The notes under the pieces: model-generated
The model's database searches: none
What the model was told of the DNA's origin: nothing
The model's input: only the letters and a program-made list of their open reading frames with translations
Source: Candidatus Latescibacterota bacterium
GTDB taxonomy: Bacteria; Latescibacterota; UBA2968
Length of the DNA stretch: 64,000 nt
Direction: 5' to 3'
NCBI GenBank assembly: GCA_965116885.1
Contig: OZ220741.1
Location: 5,344,001-5,408,000 of the forward strand
Made by a program: the position numbers and the translations under genes
Part shown: positions 36,935 to 46,676 of the stretch, piece by piece
How positions within the stretch are numbered: the first letter of the stretch is position 1
Layout: the number at the start of each line of letters is the position of its first letter

Positions 36935-36991
36935 ACTTAATTGAATTCAGTTAAGTTATCGGAACTTAGGTGTTCTGAAATGATATGTCAA
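36935..36991 (-). promoter_or_regulatory. promoter plus 22-bp palindromic operator
   Basis: TTGACA(36991-36986)-N17-TAAGTT; ACTTAATTGAATTCAGTTAAGT at 36935-36956. Confidence 0.65.
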
Positions 36992-37095
36992 GTATTTTTT
37001 TGGGATTTGGTGCAGTGCTTGCAAATACGGCGCGTGTGAGATATATTTCTTTAAATACCACAGACGACTGCTAAAAAGCACAACTCTATAAAGGC

Positions 37096-37725
37096 TTGAA
37101 TGTGAACCCTCCGGCATCCAAAGATCAAATGCCCGTTTGGCGCGACACTGGTGCGATTTTGCAAGTTAATGAAATTTTCTATTCCATAGAAGGCGAGGGC
37201 CTGCGCGTGGGACAACCCACAACATTTGTCAGGCTTGCGCGTTGTAATTTGCGCTGTTTTTTTTGCGATACGGAATTTGATTCTTTTGAGGAAATGACCA
37301 TTGCTCAAATTGTCGATGAAGTCATGCATCATTCTGCAAAGTGGGTGTGTTTGACAGGGGGAGAGCCACTGGGGCAAAATATCACGCCACTGTGCAGGAA
37401 ACTCGTCAGCGCGGGTTTTCGATTGCATATCGAGACAAATGGAACGATTGATCCAGATCCAATTTTATGCGACCTGATTGAACACTGGACCGTATCGCCC
37501 AAACGGCGAAAAATTGCCGATGGCCTCACGCATATCACCGAACTCAAATACGTGGTGGGCAAAGCATTTTGCGAAACTATAGTCGATGAAAACCGAGCAA
37601 AATATATTTATTTACAACCCGAATCGAGCAAACCCCAATACATTCACAAAGCATTGGAAATTTTGTCGCGACATCCCAACTGGCGCTTATCGTGTCGCAT
37701 TCACAAAATGTTGCAATTACCATAG
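37096..37725 (+). CDS. queE: 7-carboxy-7-deazaguanine synthase (radical SAM)
   Basis: NEIFYSIEGEG, FVRLARCNLRCFFCDT, LTGGEP, IETNGT, VSPK and YLQP. Exact start uncertain. Confidence 0.85.
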   Translation: MNVNPPASKDQMPVWRDTGAILQVNEIFYSIEGEGLRVGQPTTFVRLARCNLRCFFCDTEFDSFEEMTIAQIVDEVMHHSAKWVCLTGGEPLGQNITPLCRKLVSAGFRLHIETNGTIDPDPILCDLIEHWTVSPKRRKIADGLTHITELKYVVGKAFCETIVDENRAKYIYLQPESSKPQYIHKALEILSRHPNWRLSCRIHKMLQLP

Positions 37726-37736
37726 GAGACAGATAC

Positions 37737-38738
37737 ATGATTAAACTGGGTATGATCGGATGTGGTGGCATGGGGGGTGCCCACATGCGGCGGTTTCACA
37801 CACTGAGTGATCGGGTCACATTGACCGCTGCTGTCGATGTTGTGCCAGAACGCGCAGAAGCAGTTGCCCAGCAATTTCCAGGAGCCTGTGTGGCAACAGA
37901 TTATCGCGAGATTTTAGACTCGGTAGATGCCGTATTGCTCGCACTACCCCACCATTTGCACTTCTCGGTAGGACATGCGTGTCTCAATGCTGGCGTTCAT
38001 GTCTTGCTCGAAAAACCCATGGCCAATTACGAAGTCGCCTGCAAAGAACTAATTGAGGCATCCGAAACCTCGGGCAAAGTGCTGATGATTGCGTATTGCA
38101 TGCGCTTTCATCCAATTGTACAGCGTTTAAAAGCATTGCTGGATGAAGGCGCGTACGGCGATGTATTTCAAGTGTCGATCTGGACCGAGCAACTCACCCG
38201 GTATCCCCCCGATCACTGGGCATCGAGCAAAGAGCGGTTGGGCGGGGGGCAGTTGTTTAGCCACGGCTGTCATTATATCGATTTATTACTCTGGTTTTTG
38301 GGACGCCCCGTGCAGGGCATGCACATGGGCACAAATTTTGGTACGCCGTGGATGGAGCGAGAAGGCACGAGCAATGTGACGATGGAATTTGAAGATGGTC
38401 GTCTGGGATATCACTTTGGCACCTGGGGCGCGCGGGGCACCCGATTGCGGTACTCGATCCACGCGCATTGCACAGAAGGTTTGCTCGATGCCGATCTCTC
38501 AGGTGGCAAACTCGTGCATATCCTGCGCGGTCAAGAGAAAGTTTTGTTCGAAGCAGAGCCGGGCAAACACACGGAAAACGAGATGGCCCATTTTCTCGAT
38601 TGCATTGAAACCGGACAAACACCGTTGACAGATGGCAGAAGCAGCTTGCAGGGATTGCGCGTGATCTGGCGGCTATATGAAGCCGAACAAGCAGGGCATA
38701 TTGCAGATTTGACGGGTTTGGGTTTAGAGGAAGTCTAA
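37737..38738 (+). CDS. Gfo/Idh/MocA oxidoreductase
   Basis: GCGGMG, HVLLEKP and GGGQLFSHGCHYID motifs. Confidence 0.88.
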   Translation: MIKLGMIGCGGMGGAHMRRFHTLSDRVTLTAAVDVVPERAEAVAQQFPGACVATDYREILDSVDAVLLALPHHLHFSVGHACLNAGVHVLLEKPMANYEVACKELIEASETSGKVLMIAYCMRFHPIVQRLKALLDEGAYGDVFQVSIWTEQLTRYPPDHWASSKERLGGGQLFSHGCHYIDLLLWFLGRPVQGMHMGTNFGTPWMEREGTSNVTMEFEDGRLGYHFGTWGARGTRLRYSIHAHCTEGLLDADLSGGKLVHILRGQEKVLFEAEPGKHTENEMAHFLDCIETGQTPLTDGRSSLQGLRVIWRLYEAEQAGHIADLTGLGLEEV

Positions 38739-38958
38739 TAAGTTTCGAAAATTCAATAAATTGAGATAGTGATTCTACCTCCACAATTGGGTAATTTCCG
38801 CTTGACACTCCGACACTCTTATTATAGATTTATCAGACTTTGGCAGGTTTCTATCTTTTAATCTCATTGCTGAGGGATATCTGCGGGCGAAACTGCTCAC
38901 CGAACGGTATCACGATTTCACATTTCGCGCGCCGGCAATTCCCGAGCGCGATTTTTTT

Positions 38959-40893
38959 ATGCCCGAAAACCATTTCATAACCATTACGCTTCCCGACGGT
39001 TCGACCAAAGAAATTGAACGCGGCACAACCGTGCTACAAGTAGCCGAATCCATCGGTGCAGGCCTTGCCCGCGCAGCATTAGCCGGGCGAGTTGATGGTC
39101 AAGCGGTGGATTTGAGTTACCCGGTTGCTTCAGATGCCGCGGTTGAGATTTTGACTTTTTCCGACGATGGAGGCAAAGAGGTTTACTGGCATAGCACCGC
39201 ACATGTGATGGCACAGGCCGTGCAGGATTTGTTTCCCGATGCCAAAGTAACCATTGGTCCGCCCATTGAAAATGGATTCTACTACGATTTTGATATCGAT
39301 CGGCCGTTTACACCCGATGAACTAAAAAAAATTGAAGCGCGAATGCTGGAAATTGCCAAAGAAGACCAGCCCTTTTCTCGCGAGGAAATCTCGCGCGATG
39401 AGGCTTCTGCGCGTTTTCGTGATTTGGGTGAATCCTACAAAATCGAGCTTTTAGATGCCATTGCGCCCGAAGAGACCGTGAGCATCTACAAAAATGCCAG
39501 GTGGTTTGATCTGTGCCGGGGGCCACACCTGCCGTCAACAGGGCGCATTAAGGCCATCAAGTTGTTAAACGCATCCGGGGCTTATTGGCGGGGCGATGAA
39601 AACAACAAAATGCTACAACGCATCTACGGTATCTCATTTCCCGGCAAAAAAGAATTGCAGGCATATCTCGATAAACTCGAAGAGGCCAAACGCCGGGACC
39701 ACCGCACATTGGGCGTGCAGTTGGACCTGTATTCGATAAATGACAATGTGGGGCCAGGCCTGGTGCTCTGGCACCCTAAGGGAATGCGGATTCGTCACGA
39801 GATTGAATCATTCTGGCACAGTGCTCATTTCGACGGTGGATATGAACTGGTTGGCTCCCCTCATATTGGACGGTCCAGCCTGTGGAACACAAGCGGACAT
39901 CTGGATTTTTTTCGCGAAAATATGTACGCGCCGATGGATATCGATGGACAGGAATATTTTGCCAAACCCATGAACTGTCCATTTCACAGCATGATTTACA
40001 AAAGCCGTCGTCGGAGTTATCGCGAGTTGCCATTGCGCTGGGCAGAAATGGGAACGGTTTACCGGTATGAACCAGCGGGAGTACTGCACGGGCTTTTGAG
40101 AGCGCGCGGATTTACACAGGATGACGCGCATATCTTCTGCCGCCCAGATCAGGTCGAAAGTGAAATTAAACAGACCATAGATTTTACGCTGTTTATTCTG
40201 CGGTCATTTGGTCTCGAAGATTTTAAGATCGATATTTCCACGCGACCCGAAAAAGCCGTAGGTGACCCTCGCGATTGGGATATGGCGACAAATGCCTTGA
40301 AAGCCGCGATAGATGCACAGGGTTTAAAATATGGCATTGACGAAGGCGGCGGCGCATTTTACGGACCCAAAATTGACGTGCAAATTAGAGATGCACTGGG
40401 GCGTGAATGGCAGTGTTCGACAATTCAGTTTGACTTCAACCTGCCCGAGCGATTCGATTTGACTTTTGCCGGGCAAGATGGCAAGATGCACCGCCCTTAT
40501 ATGGTACATCGCGCGCTTTTGGGGTCAATGGAACGGTTCTTTGGCACACTCATCGAGCATTATGCCGGCAATTTCCCCGTGTGGCTGGCTCCCGTACAAG
40601 CTGTTATTTTACCTGTATCGGATCGTTTCATTGACTATGCACAGCAAGTTGCCAGACTGCTTCGAAATGACCAGGTGCGCGTTGAAGTAGATGACCAGGA
40701 TGCCAAATTGGGCTACAAAATTCGAGAGGCAGAAGTTCAAAAAGTACCCTATATGCTCATTGTTGGCGCGCGAGAAGTTGAGAATGGCACGGTGTCGGTT
40801 CGCCGTCATGGCCAGGGGGATTTGGGTACACTGAGCCTGGAAAATTTAATCGCGCGTATTCAGCAAGAGGTCGAATCCAAACAGTTTTCGTAA
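38959..40893 (+). CDS. thrS: threonine--tRNA ligase
   Basis: TGS domain, HSTAH, DLCRGPH, KPMNCP, GAFYGPKID and HRALLGSMERF. Confidence 0.97.
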   Translation: MPENHFITITLPDGSTKEIERGTTVLQVAESIGAGLARAALAGRVDGQAVDLSYPVASDAAVEILTFSDDGGKEVYWHSTAHVMAQAVQDLFPDAKVTIGPPIENGFYYDFDIDRPFTPDELKKIEARMLEIAKEDQPFSREEISRDEASARFRDLGESYKIELLDAIAPEETVSIYKNARWFDLCRGPHLPSTGRIKAIKLLNASGAYWRGDENNKMLQRIYGISFPGKKELQAYLDKLEEAKRRDHRTLGVQLDLYSINDNVGPGLVLWHPKGMRIRHEIESFWHSAHFDGGYELVGSPHIGRSSLWNTSGHLDFFRENMYAPMDIDGQEYFAKPMNCPFHSMIYKSRRRSYRELPLRWAEMGTVYRYEPAGVLHGLLRARGFTQDDAHIFCRPDQVESEIKQTIDFTLFILRSFGLEDFKIDISTRPEKAVGDPRDWDMATNALKAAIDAQGLKYGIDEGGGAFYGPKIDVQIRDALGREWQCSTIQFDFNLPERFDLTFAGQDGKMHRPYMVHRALLGSMERFFGTLIEHYAGNFPVWLAPVQAVILPVSDRFIDYAQQVARLLRNDQVRVEVDDQDAKLGYKIREAEVQKVPYMLIVGAREVENGTVSVRRHGQGDLGTLSLENLIARIQQEVESKQFS

Positions 40894-40942
40894 TGCACCA
40901 TGCGTTTGTTAGATTCCTATATCCAACCTGGAGGTGATCGCA

Positions 40943-41485
40943 ATCAATAGAGGCTCAAGAAGTCGAGATACCAGACGAGAAATCGGACCACGCGTGAATC
41001 GGCAGATTCGCATTCCGCAAGTTCGCTTGATCGGTGAATCGGGAGCTCAAGTGGGCATTGTAGAAACGAGCAAAGCCCTGACAATGGCTCAGGGAGCCGG
41101 ACTTGATCTGGTCGAAGTTGCGCCAAATGCACGCCCACCTGTTTGCCGAATTATGGATTACGGTAAATACCGGTATGAGCGAGGGAAAAAAGCCAGAAAA
41201 AATCGTCAGAGTGCCTCGCAATTAAAAGAAATTCGGATGCGTGTTCGTATCAGCGATCACGATTATCAATTTAAGATCAGGCATGCTGAAAAATTTTTGA
41301 CCCAGCGCCATAAAGTGCGGATGGTTATTGAGTTTTTTGGACGAGAAAATGCACATCGCGATATGGGCCGCGACTTATTGCAGCGCATTGAAGACGATTT
41401 ACAACATATTGGACAGATCGAAACGCATCCCCGCGACGAAGGGCGAAAGCTCGTGATGATTGTCGCGCCAAAATCTCAGTCGTAG
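40943..41485 (+). CDS. infC: translation initiation factor IF-3 (probable ATC start)
   Basis: RVNRQIRIPQVRLI and LDLVEVAPNARPPVCRIMDYGKY; follows thrS. Confidence 0.95.
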   Translation: MNRGSRSRDTRREIGPRVNRQIRIPQVRLIGESGAQVGIVETSKALTMAQGAGLDLVEVAPNARPPVCRIMDYGKYRYERGKKARKNRQSASQLKEIRMRVRISDHDYQFKIRHAEKFLTQRHKVRMVIEFFGRENAHRDMGRDLLQRIEDDLQHIGQIETHPRDEGRKLVMIVAPKSQS

Positions 41486-41530
41486 TCCGCTTCAACTGAT
41501 CTGTGAGGCTGTTCTCATAAGGAGTTTATC

Positions 41531-41725
41531 GTGCCTAAAATGAAAACTCATAGTGGTGCCAAAAAGCGTTTCAAAAAGCGCAGTTCTGGAAAAATCAGCC
41601 GTCGCCAGGCCACCGCAGCGCACAATTTGACAAAAAAGACGAGCAAGCGCAAAAGAGGCCTCCGTCAAACTGCTCATGTTCACGACTCTGACCAAAGCCG
41701 CGTCAATCGCCTGCTGGCGTCTTGA
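41531..41725 (+). CDS. rpmI: 50S ribosomal protein L35
   Basis: [14 protein letters not shown]...H.LTKK. Confidence 0.96.
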   Translation: MPKMKTHSGAKKRFKKRSSGKISRRQATAAHNLTKKTSKRKRGLRQTAHVHDSDQSRVNRLLAS

Positions 41726-41759
41726 CAGGGGTTGGTGTCACTGTTCATTGGAGATTAAA

Positions 41760-42113
41760 ATGCCGAGAGTAACTAACAGTCCTGCATCGAGACGCAGGCG
41801 AAAAAAAATTTTGAAACAAGCCAAGGGCTATCGGGGAGGGCGCAGCAAACTGCTTCGCACAGCCAGCAATGCCGTGGATCGCGCATTGCAATACGCCTAT
41901 CGTGACCGCAGACAAAAGAAAAGAAACTTTAGAGCATTATGGATTGCGCGAATCAATGCTGCAGCCAGACAAAACGGATTGACTTACAGCCGATTTATGG
42001 CGGGTTTAAAGCGCGATGGTATCGATATCAACCGCAAAGTATTGGCTAACCTGGCCGTAACCGACGCCAATGCATTTGCCGCATTGGCCGAAAGAGTTAA
42101 GCAAAACGCCTGA
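41760..42113 (+). CDS. rplT: 50S ribosomal protein L20
   Basis: [31 protein letters not shown] and INRKVLA. Confidence 0.97.
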   Translation: MPRVTNSPASRRRRKKILKQAKGYRGGRSKLLRTASNAVDRALQYAYRDRRQKKRNFRALWIARINAAARQNGLTYSRFMAGLKRDGIDINRKVLANLAVTDANAFAALAERVKQNA

Positions 42114-42128
42114 GTATCTCATTGAATC

Positions 42129-42168
42129 CAAAAAGCGAAATCCGGCACAGTGTGGATTTCGCTTTTTG
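42129..42168. terminator. intrinsic terminator
   Basis: CAAAAAGCGAAATCC-loop-GGATTTCGCTTTTTG. Confidence 0.88.
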
Positions 42169-42269
42169 CATGAGGGTCAAATCCTCTTGGGGCAAGCTTG
42201 ACTTTCGGATAAGATGATGTTAAATTGCCTCTATATTTAATAGCTTTCGGTTTTTTTTAAGGAGCGGAC

Positions 42270-42701
42270 ATGGATATTAACCCCTGGACAGTGAGAGACG
42301 CGAAAGAAGAAGAGGAAGTAGAAGAAGTGGATGGCAACGCCGAGACTGTAGAAGACACCGAAGAAGTAGAGGAAATTGGAGAAGAAGTAGATCTGATGGA
42401 TACTAACGCTGGAGCAGTGGCGGAGGGAGTGGACCGGCTCGTTGAAGCAATCAATAGCGCCATTGCAACCATTGAAGATTTGCGTCGTGAAAATGCCGAA
42501 TTGAGGCAACAGAATCAGGCATTGCAGTCAGATATATCGCGCCTTGAAGAAGAGCGAGTGGTTCTTTGTAGCGAGCGGGACCGACTGCAAGCCATTTACA
42601 ACGACAATGTGCTTCTGATAGACAATAAGGCGGAAATCCTGGATAAGGTCGAGGCGATGTTGCAGCGCCTCAATTCCTTAAACCCCGAAAAAAATGAGTG
42701 A
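42270..42701 (+). CDS. ZapB-like coiled-coil protein with acidic N-terminus
   Basis: Heptad coiled coil (IEDLRRENAELRQQN...KVEAMLQRL) directly upstream of zapA. Confidence 0.6.
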   Translation: MDINPWTVRDAKEEEEVEEVDGNAETVEDTEEVEEIGEEVDLMDTNAGAVAEGVDRLVEAINSAIATIEDLRRENAELRQQNQALQSDISRLEEERVVLCSERDRLQAIYNDNVLLIDNKAEILDKVEAMLQRLNSLNPEKNE

Positions 42702-42979
42702 TGTCTGTTTTGTCCGACGTGCGCGTTCAGATATTTGGCTCAGAATATCGCATTGCCAGTGAAACTGATCCCGAACACATTCGCAAGGTGGCGAATTACA
42801 TCGATCAGAAAATGCGAGAAATAGCCAGTGCCCTTGCACTCCGCACCAGATCAACAGTAGCTGTATTGACGGCTGTGAATTTGGCTGATGAGCTTTTTAA
42901 GATTGAGGAAGAAGATCGCCGAATAGATCGGCTTTCACGCGAGAAAGCCGATCAACTCGCAGACTCGGTCAACCTTTAG
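42698..42979 (+). CDS. zapA: cell division protein ZapA
   Basis: VRVQIFGSEY.I, VANYIDQKMREI and VAVLTAVNLADELF. Confidence 0.9.
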   Translation: MMSVLSDVRVQIFGSEYRIASETDPEHIRKVANYIDQKMREIASALALRTRSTVAVLTAVNLADELFKIEEEDRRIDRLSREKADQLADSVNL

Positions 42980-43114
42980 CTCACGAGCGGAAGTGAGTAA
43001 AGCGCACATTGCGAGTGTGAGACAAGCTATCTCATGGGATTGTGAACCCCGCCGCGTTTGTCCTTAATAGTGGGCACAAGCGCAGTGGGGATTTCTTTTA
43101 CAATGGAGAAAGTC

Positions 43115-44677
43115 ATGGAAATCGTATCTGTGATTGCCCTATCTACCGGGCTGTTGGTGCTGGGATTTGTTGTGGGATGGCTGATGTGCAGTAAAATTGC
43201 TCACAAGAGATTTTATCGCACCGATGCCACAATCGAACAAATTTTGGAAGATGCTCGAAGAGAGGCAGAAACTGAAAAACGCACCGCGCTTTTAGAAGCT
43301 AAAGATCAGATTTATCACGAGCGCGTACAAGCTGAAAAAACACTGGAAGACCGCAACAGTGAAGTGGAACGCAAAGAAGAAGAGTTAGATCGCATGTCAA
43401 ACGAACTGAATCGGCGTGCAGATCTGCTCAACCACAAAGCTGGACAAATGGAAGAATTGGAACAAAAATTGGTACAACAGCAAGACGAACTATCCGTAAA
43501 AGAGCTGGAATTGGAAGCGATTTTAGAAGCTCAAAATACGCGATTAGAACGCATTGCAGCCCTGACGCGCCAGCAGGCCAAACGCGAATTGATGGAAAAT
43601 TTGGAGGCCGAAGCCCAGCGCGAAGTCGCCTGGCGCTTAAAAGAAATTCGGGAAGACGCACAAGCGCGGGCCAGTGATGAAGCGAGGGAGATTATCGCAA
43701 GCGCGATTCAGAGATTGGCAGTAGATTACACGGTAGAATCAACGGTAACAGTTGTCGAGTTGCCAGCCGATGAAATGAAAGGTCGAATAATCGGGCGAGA
43801 AGGACGTAATATTCGATCTTTTGAGATGTGTACTGGTGTAGATGTGATTGTTGACGATACCCCCAAAGCCGTGGTGCTGTCCGGATTTGATCCCATTCGC
43901 CGCGCAATTGCCAAGACAGCTTTGGAGGACCTTGTAATGGATGGACGCATTCATCCGGGCCGAATCGAAGAAGTGGTTAAAAAATCGCGAGAAAATATGC
44001 ACGAATTGATTCAACAAGCGGGTGAAGAGGCCATCTTTGACATGGGAGTGCCCGGCCTGCACGACCGTCTGATCGAATGTCTTGGGCGATTAAAATTCCG
44101 GACGAGCTATGGACAAAATATGTTAAACCACAGCAAAGAGGTCGCTTTTTTAGCCGGGATGATGGCCACTCACCTGGGGCTGGATGCACAACTTGCCAAA
44201 CGCGCCGGTTTGCTGCACGATATCGGCCAGGGAATCAGCCACGAATTTGAAGGTACTCCTGGACAAAATGGTGCTGATATGGCAAAAAAATACAACGAGG
44301 ATGATGAAGTGATCAACGCAATTGAAGCCCATCACGGCGAGGCGGACCCGATCTCGCCTATCGCAGTGCTGGTCGATGCCGCAGACGCCATTTCGAGAGT
44401 TCGTCCGGGCGCGAGGCGCGAGGTACTGGAAAACTATGTGCGCCGATTGGAACATCTGGAGCAAACCGCTCGAGAAATAGAGGGAGTAGATGCGGTTTAC
44501 GCTATTCAAGCAGGTCAGGAGATTCGAGTAGTCGCCAACTATGGATTAATCAGCGATGAAGACACCGAGCGACTATCTGCACAAATTGCCGAACGGCTGG
44601 AAAAAACGATGACGTATCCGGGACATATAAAGGTGACCGTGATTCGCGAGGTGCGCGCCGTTAATTTTGCGCGATAA
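43115..44677 (+). CDS. rny: ribonuclease Y
   Basis: N-terminal TM, coiled coil, KH domain (MKGRIIGREGRNIR), HD domain (RTSYGQN...LLHDIG) and RPGARRE. Confidence 0.95.
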   Translation: MEIVSVIALSTGLLVLGFVVGWLMCSKIAHKRFYRTDATIEQILEDARREAETEKRTALLEAKDQIYHERVQAEKTLEDRNSEVERKEEELDRMSNELNRRADLLNHKAGQMEELEQKLVQQQDELSVKELELEAILEAQNTRLERIAALTRQQAKRELMENLEAEAQREVAWRLKEIREDAQARASDEAREIIASAIQRLAVDYTVESTVTVVELPADEMKGRIIGREGRNIRSFEMCTGVDVIVDDTPKAVVLSGFDPIRRAIAKTALEDLVMDGRIHPGRIEEVVKKSRENMHELIQQAGEEAIFDMGVPGLHDRLIECLGRLKFRTSYGQNMLNHSKEVAFLAGMMATHLGLDAQLAKRAGLLHDIGQGISHEFEGTPGQNGADMAKKYNEDDEVINAIEAHHGEADPISPIAVLVDAADAISRVRPGARREVLENYVRRLEHLEQTAREIEGVDAVYAIQAGQEIRVVANYGLISDEDTERLSAQIAERLEKTMTYPGHIKVTVIREVRAVNFAR

Positions 44678-44686
44678 AAATAGCGG

Positions 44687-45478
44687 ATGAAAATTTTATT
44701 TGTAGGCGATATTTATGGCAAGCCCGGGCGACGGGCCGCCGCACATTTGATTCCCCAACTGATCGCACAGCACGCCATTGATTTCTGCGTTGTCAATGGT
44801 GAAAATTCTGCTGGCGGTTTTGGTATTACCGCAAAAATTGGACAAAAATTTCACGCTTACGGTGCCGATGTAATTACCATGGGCGATCACGTCTGGGATC
44901 AGAAAGATTCGGTTGGCTATATTCAAACAGGCGACCGGATTTTACGTGCAGCCAACTTCCCCAAAGAGGTTGGAGGTGTTGGTGCAGCGGTTTTTTCAGC
45001 GCGCAATGGAACATCGGTTGCAGTGCTCAGTCTGCTTGGGCGAACATATATGAAAATGGCGTTGGACTGTCCCTTTAGAACAGGGCAATGCGCCGTGGAG
45101 CAACTGCAAAAGAAAACGCCTGTTATTCTCGTCGATTTCCACGCTGAAGCGACCTCCGAAAAAATCGCTTTTGGACACTATATGGACGGCAGAGTCAGCG
45201 CAGTTTTGGGCACACATACCCATGTTCAAACAGCCGATAATGAGATTTTGCCCGGCGGAACCGCATATATGACAGATGTCGGCATGACAGGGCCTCACGA
45301 TTCGGTTATTGGCGCAAAAAAAGACCCTGCGATTCACCGCTTCATAAACCAGATGCCCGTGCGTTTTGAGCCAGCCACAGGCGATATAAAACTCTGCGGT
45401 GCCCTCATCGATGTGGATGAACGCTCTGGGCGTGCGCAACACATCGAGCGACTGCGCCTCGATTTAGAGGAGGGATAA
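44687..45478 (+). CDS. ymdB: YmdB-like metallophosphoesterase
   Basis: GDIYGKPGR, NGEN, DFHAEATSEK, GTHTHVQTAD and TDVGMTGP. Confidence 0.92.
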   Translation: MKILFVGDIYGKPGRRAAAHLIPQLIAQHAIDFCVVNGENSAGGFGITAKIGQKFHAYGADVITMGDHVWDQKDSVGYIQTGDRILRAANFPKEVGGVGAAVFSARNGTSVAVLSLLGRTYMKMALDCPFRTGQCAVEQLQKKTPVILVDFHAEATSEKIAFGHYMDGRVSAVLGTHTHVQTADNEILPGGTAYMTDVGMTGPHDSVIGAKKDPAIHRFINQMPVRFEPATGDIKLCGALIDVDERSGRAQHIERLRLDLEEG

Positions 45479-45479
45479 G

Positions 45480-46670
45480 GTGGAACACCCGCTTTCGGTA
45501 TCGGACGTCACGCAGGCGGTCAAGCAAACCCTTGAAATGCAATTTCCGCCCATGTGGGTCGTCGGTGAGTTGACCTCCTTTTCTCAGCCTTCATCCGGAC
45601 ACCGGTATTTCACGCTCTCAGACCCTCACAGCCAATTGCGCTGTGTGATGTGGCGCTCGCGTCCCATAACCGGATTTCGTCCCACAACGGGAATGGCCGT
45701 GTTGGCACAGGGACAGTTGACGGTATATGAACGACGGGGGGAATATCAATTTAATGTGTCACAGTTGTTTCCCGCGGGGGTGGGACAACAACTAATCGCC
45801 TATGAAAAACTGAAAAAAAAATTATCAGAAGAGGGCCTTTTTGACGAAGATCGAAAACGATCTCTACCCCAATACCCCAGAGCCATTGGGGTTGTGACTT
45901 CGAAGACAGGTGCAGCTTTTCGAGATATTTTGGACGTATTAAAACGGCGATTTCCCGCTGTCCGCATTGTTTTGCGCCCCGCGCAGGTGCAGGGATTGGA
46001 CGCGCCAGAAGATATTGCACAAGGCATTGCCGATCTCAATGACTTTGGCAAAGTAGATGTATTGATTGTTGGACGCGGCGGTGGCTCCGCTGAAGATTTG
46101 GCCGCATTTAACGACGAGACAGTAGTGCGGGCAATTGCGGATTCTGAAATTCCAGTTATTTCAGCCGTAGGACACGAGATCGACATCTCCCTATCGGATA
46201 TAGCGGCTGACGTGCGCGCACCAACCCCTTCTGCTGCCGCAGAAATTGCCGTACGCGATATTTTAGAAGTGCGCGAACAAGTCGGGCGGCTCACACTTCG
46301 CACGCGGGAGTTTATGCAGCGATTGTTAGACGAGAATGAAGACCAGCTAAAAGCGTACGAAAGCAGTTATGGCATGCGGCGGTTGTCCGATTTGATCTTT
46401 CAAAATGCGCAACACGTCGATGAATTAAACCGCGATTTATACGCACTCCTGCGACGGCTATTTGAAAGCCGATTAGCCGACTATCACCGCGTGACCGGCA
46501 AATTGGGATCACTCAGTCCCCTGTCAGTGCTCGAGCGGGGATTTGGCCTCGTACAACGCGAAGACGGTTCGGTCGTATCTGACGCAGGGATTTTGACACC
46601 CCGTGAACATCTACACATTCGGTTTGCAAAAGGCGAAGCAACCTGTAGAGTAGAAAAAATAAAAAGGTAA
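45480..46670 (+). CDS. xseA: exodeoxyribonuclease VII large subunit
   Basis: SGHRYFTL, GRGGGSAEDL, SAVGHE.D and RAPTPSAAAE. Confidence 0.95.
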   Translation: MEHPLSVSDVTQAVKQTLEMQFPPMWVVGELTSFSQPSSGHRYFTLSDPHSQLRCVMWRSRPITGFRPTTGMAVLAQGQLTVYERRGEYQFNVSQLFPAGVGQQLIAYEKLKKKLSEEGLFDEDRKRSLPQYPRAIGVVTSKTGAAFRDILDVLKRRFPAVRIVLRPAQVQGLDAPEDIAQGIADLNDFGKVDVLIVGRGGGSAEDLAAFNDETVVRAIADSEIPVISAVGHEIDISLSDIAADVRAPTPSAAAEIAVRDILEVREQVGRLTLRTREFMQRLLDENEDQLKAYESSYGMRRLSDLIFQNAQHVDELNRDLYALLRRLFESRLADYHRVTGKLGSLSPLSVLERGFGLVQREDGSVVSDAGILTPREHLHIRFAKGEATCRVEKIKR

Positions 46671-46676
46671 AATCCA

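Noticed and set aside
37096..37725. queE as part of type IV CBASS or a dpd DNA-modification system
   Set aside because: It lies ~34 kb from the CD-NTase with no queC, tgt or dpd neighbours; most likely housekeeping queuosine synthesis.
38840..38958. tRNA upstream of thrS
   Set aside because: No cloverleaf, T-loop or CCA end.
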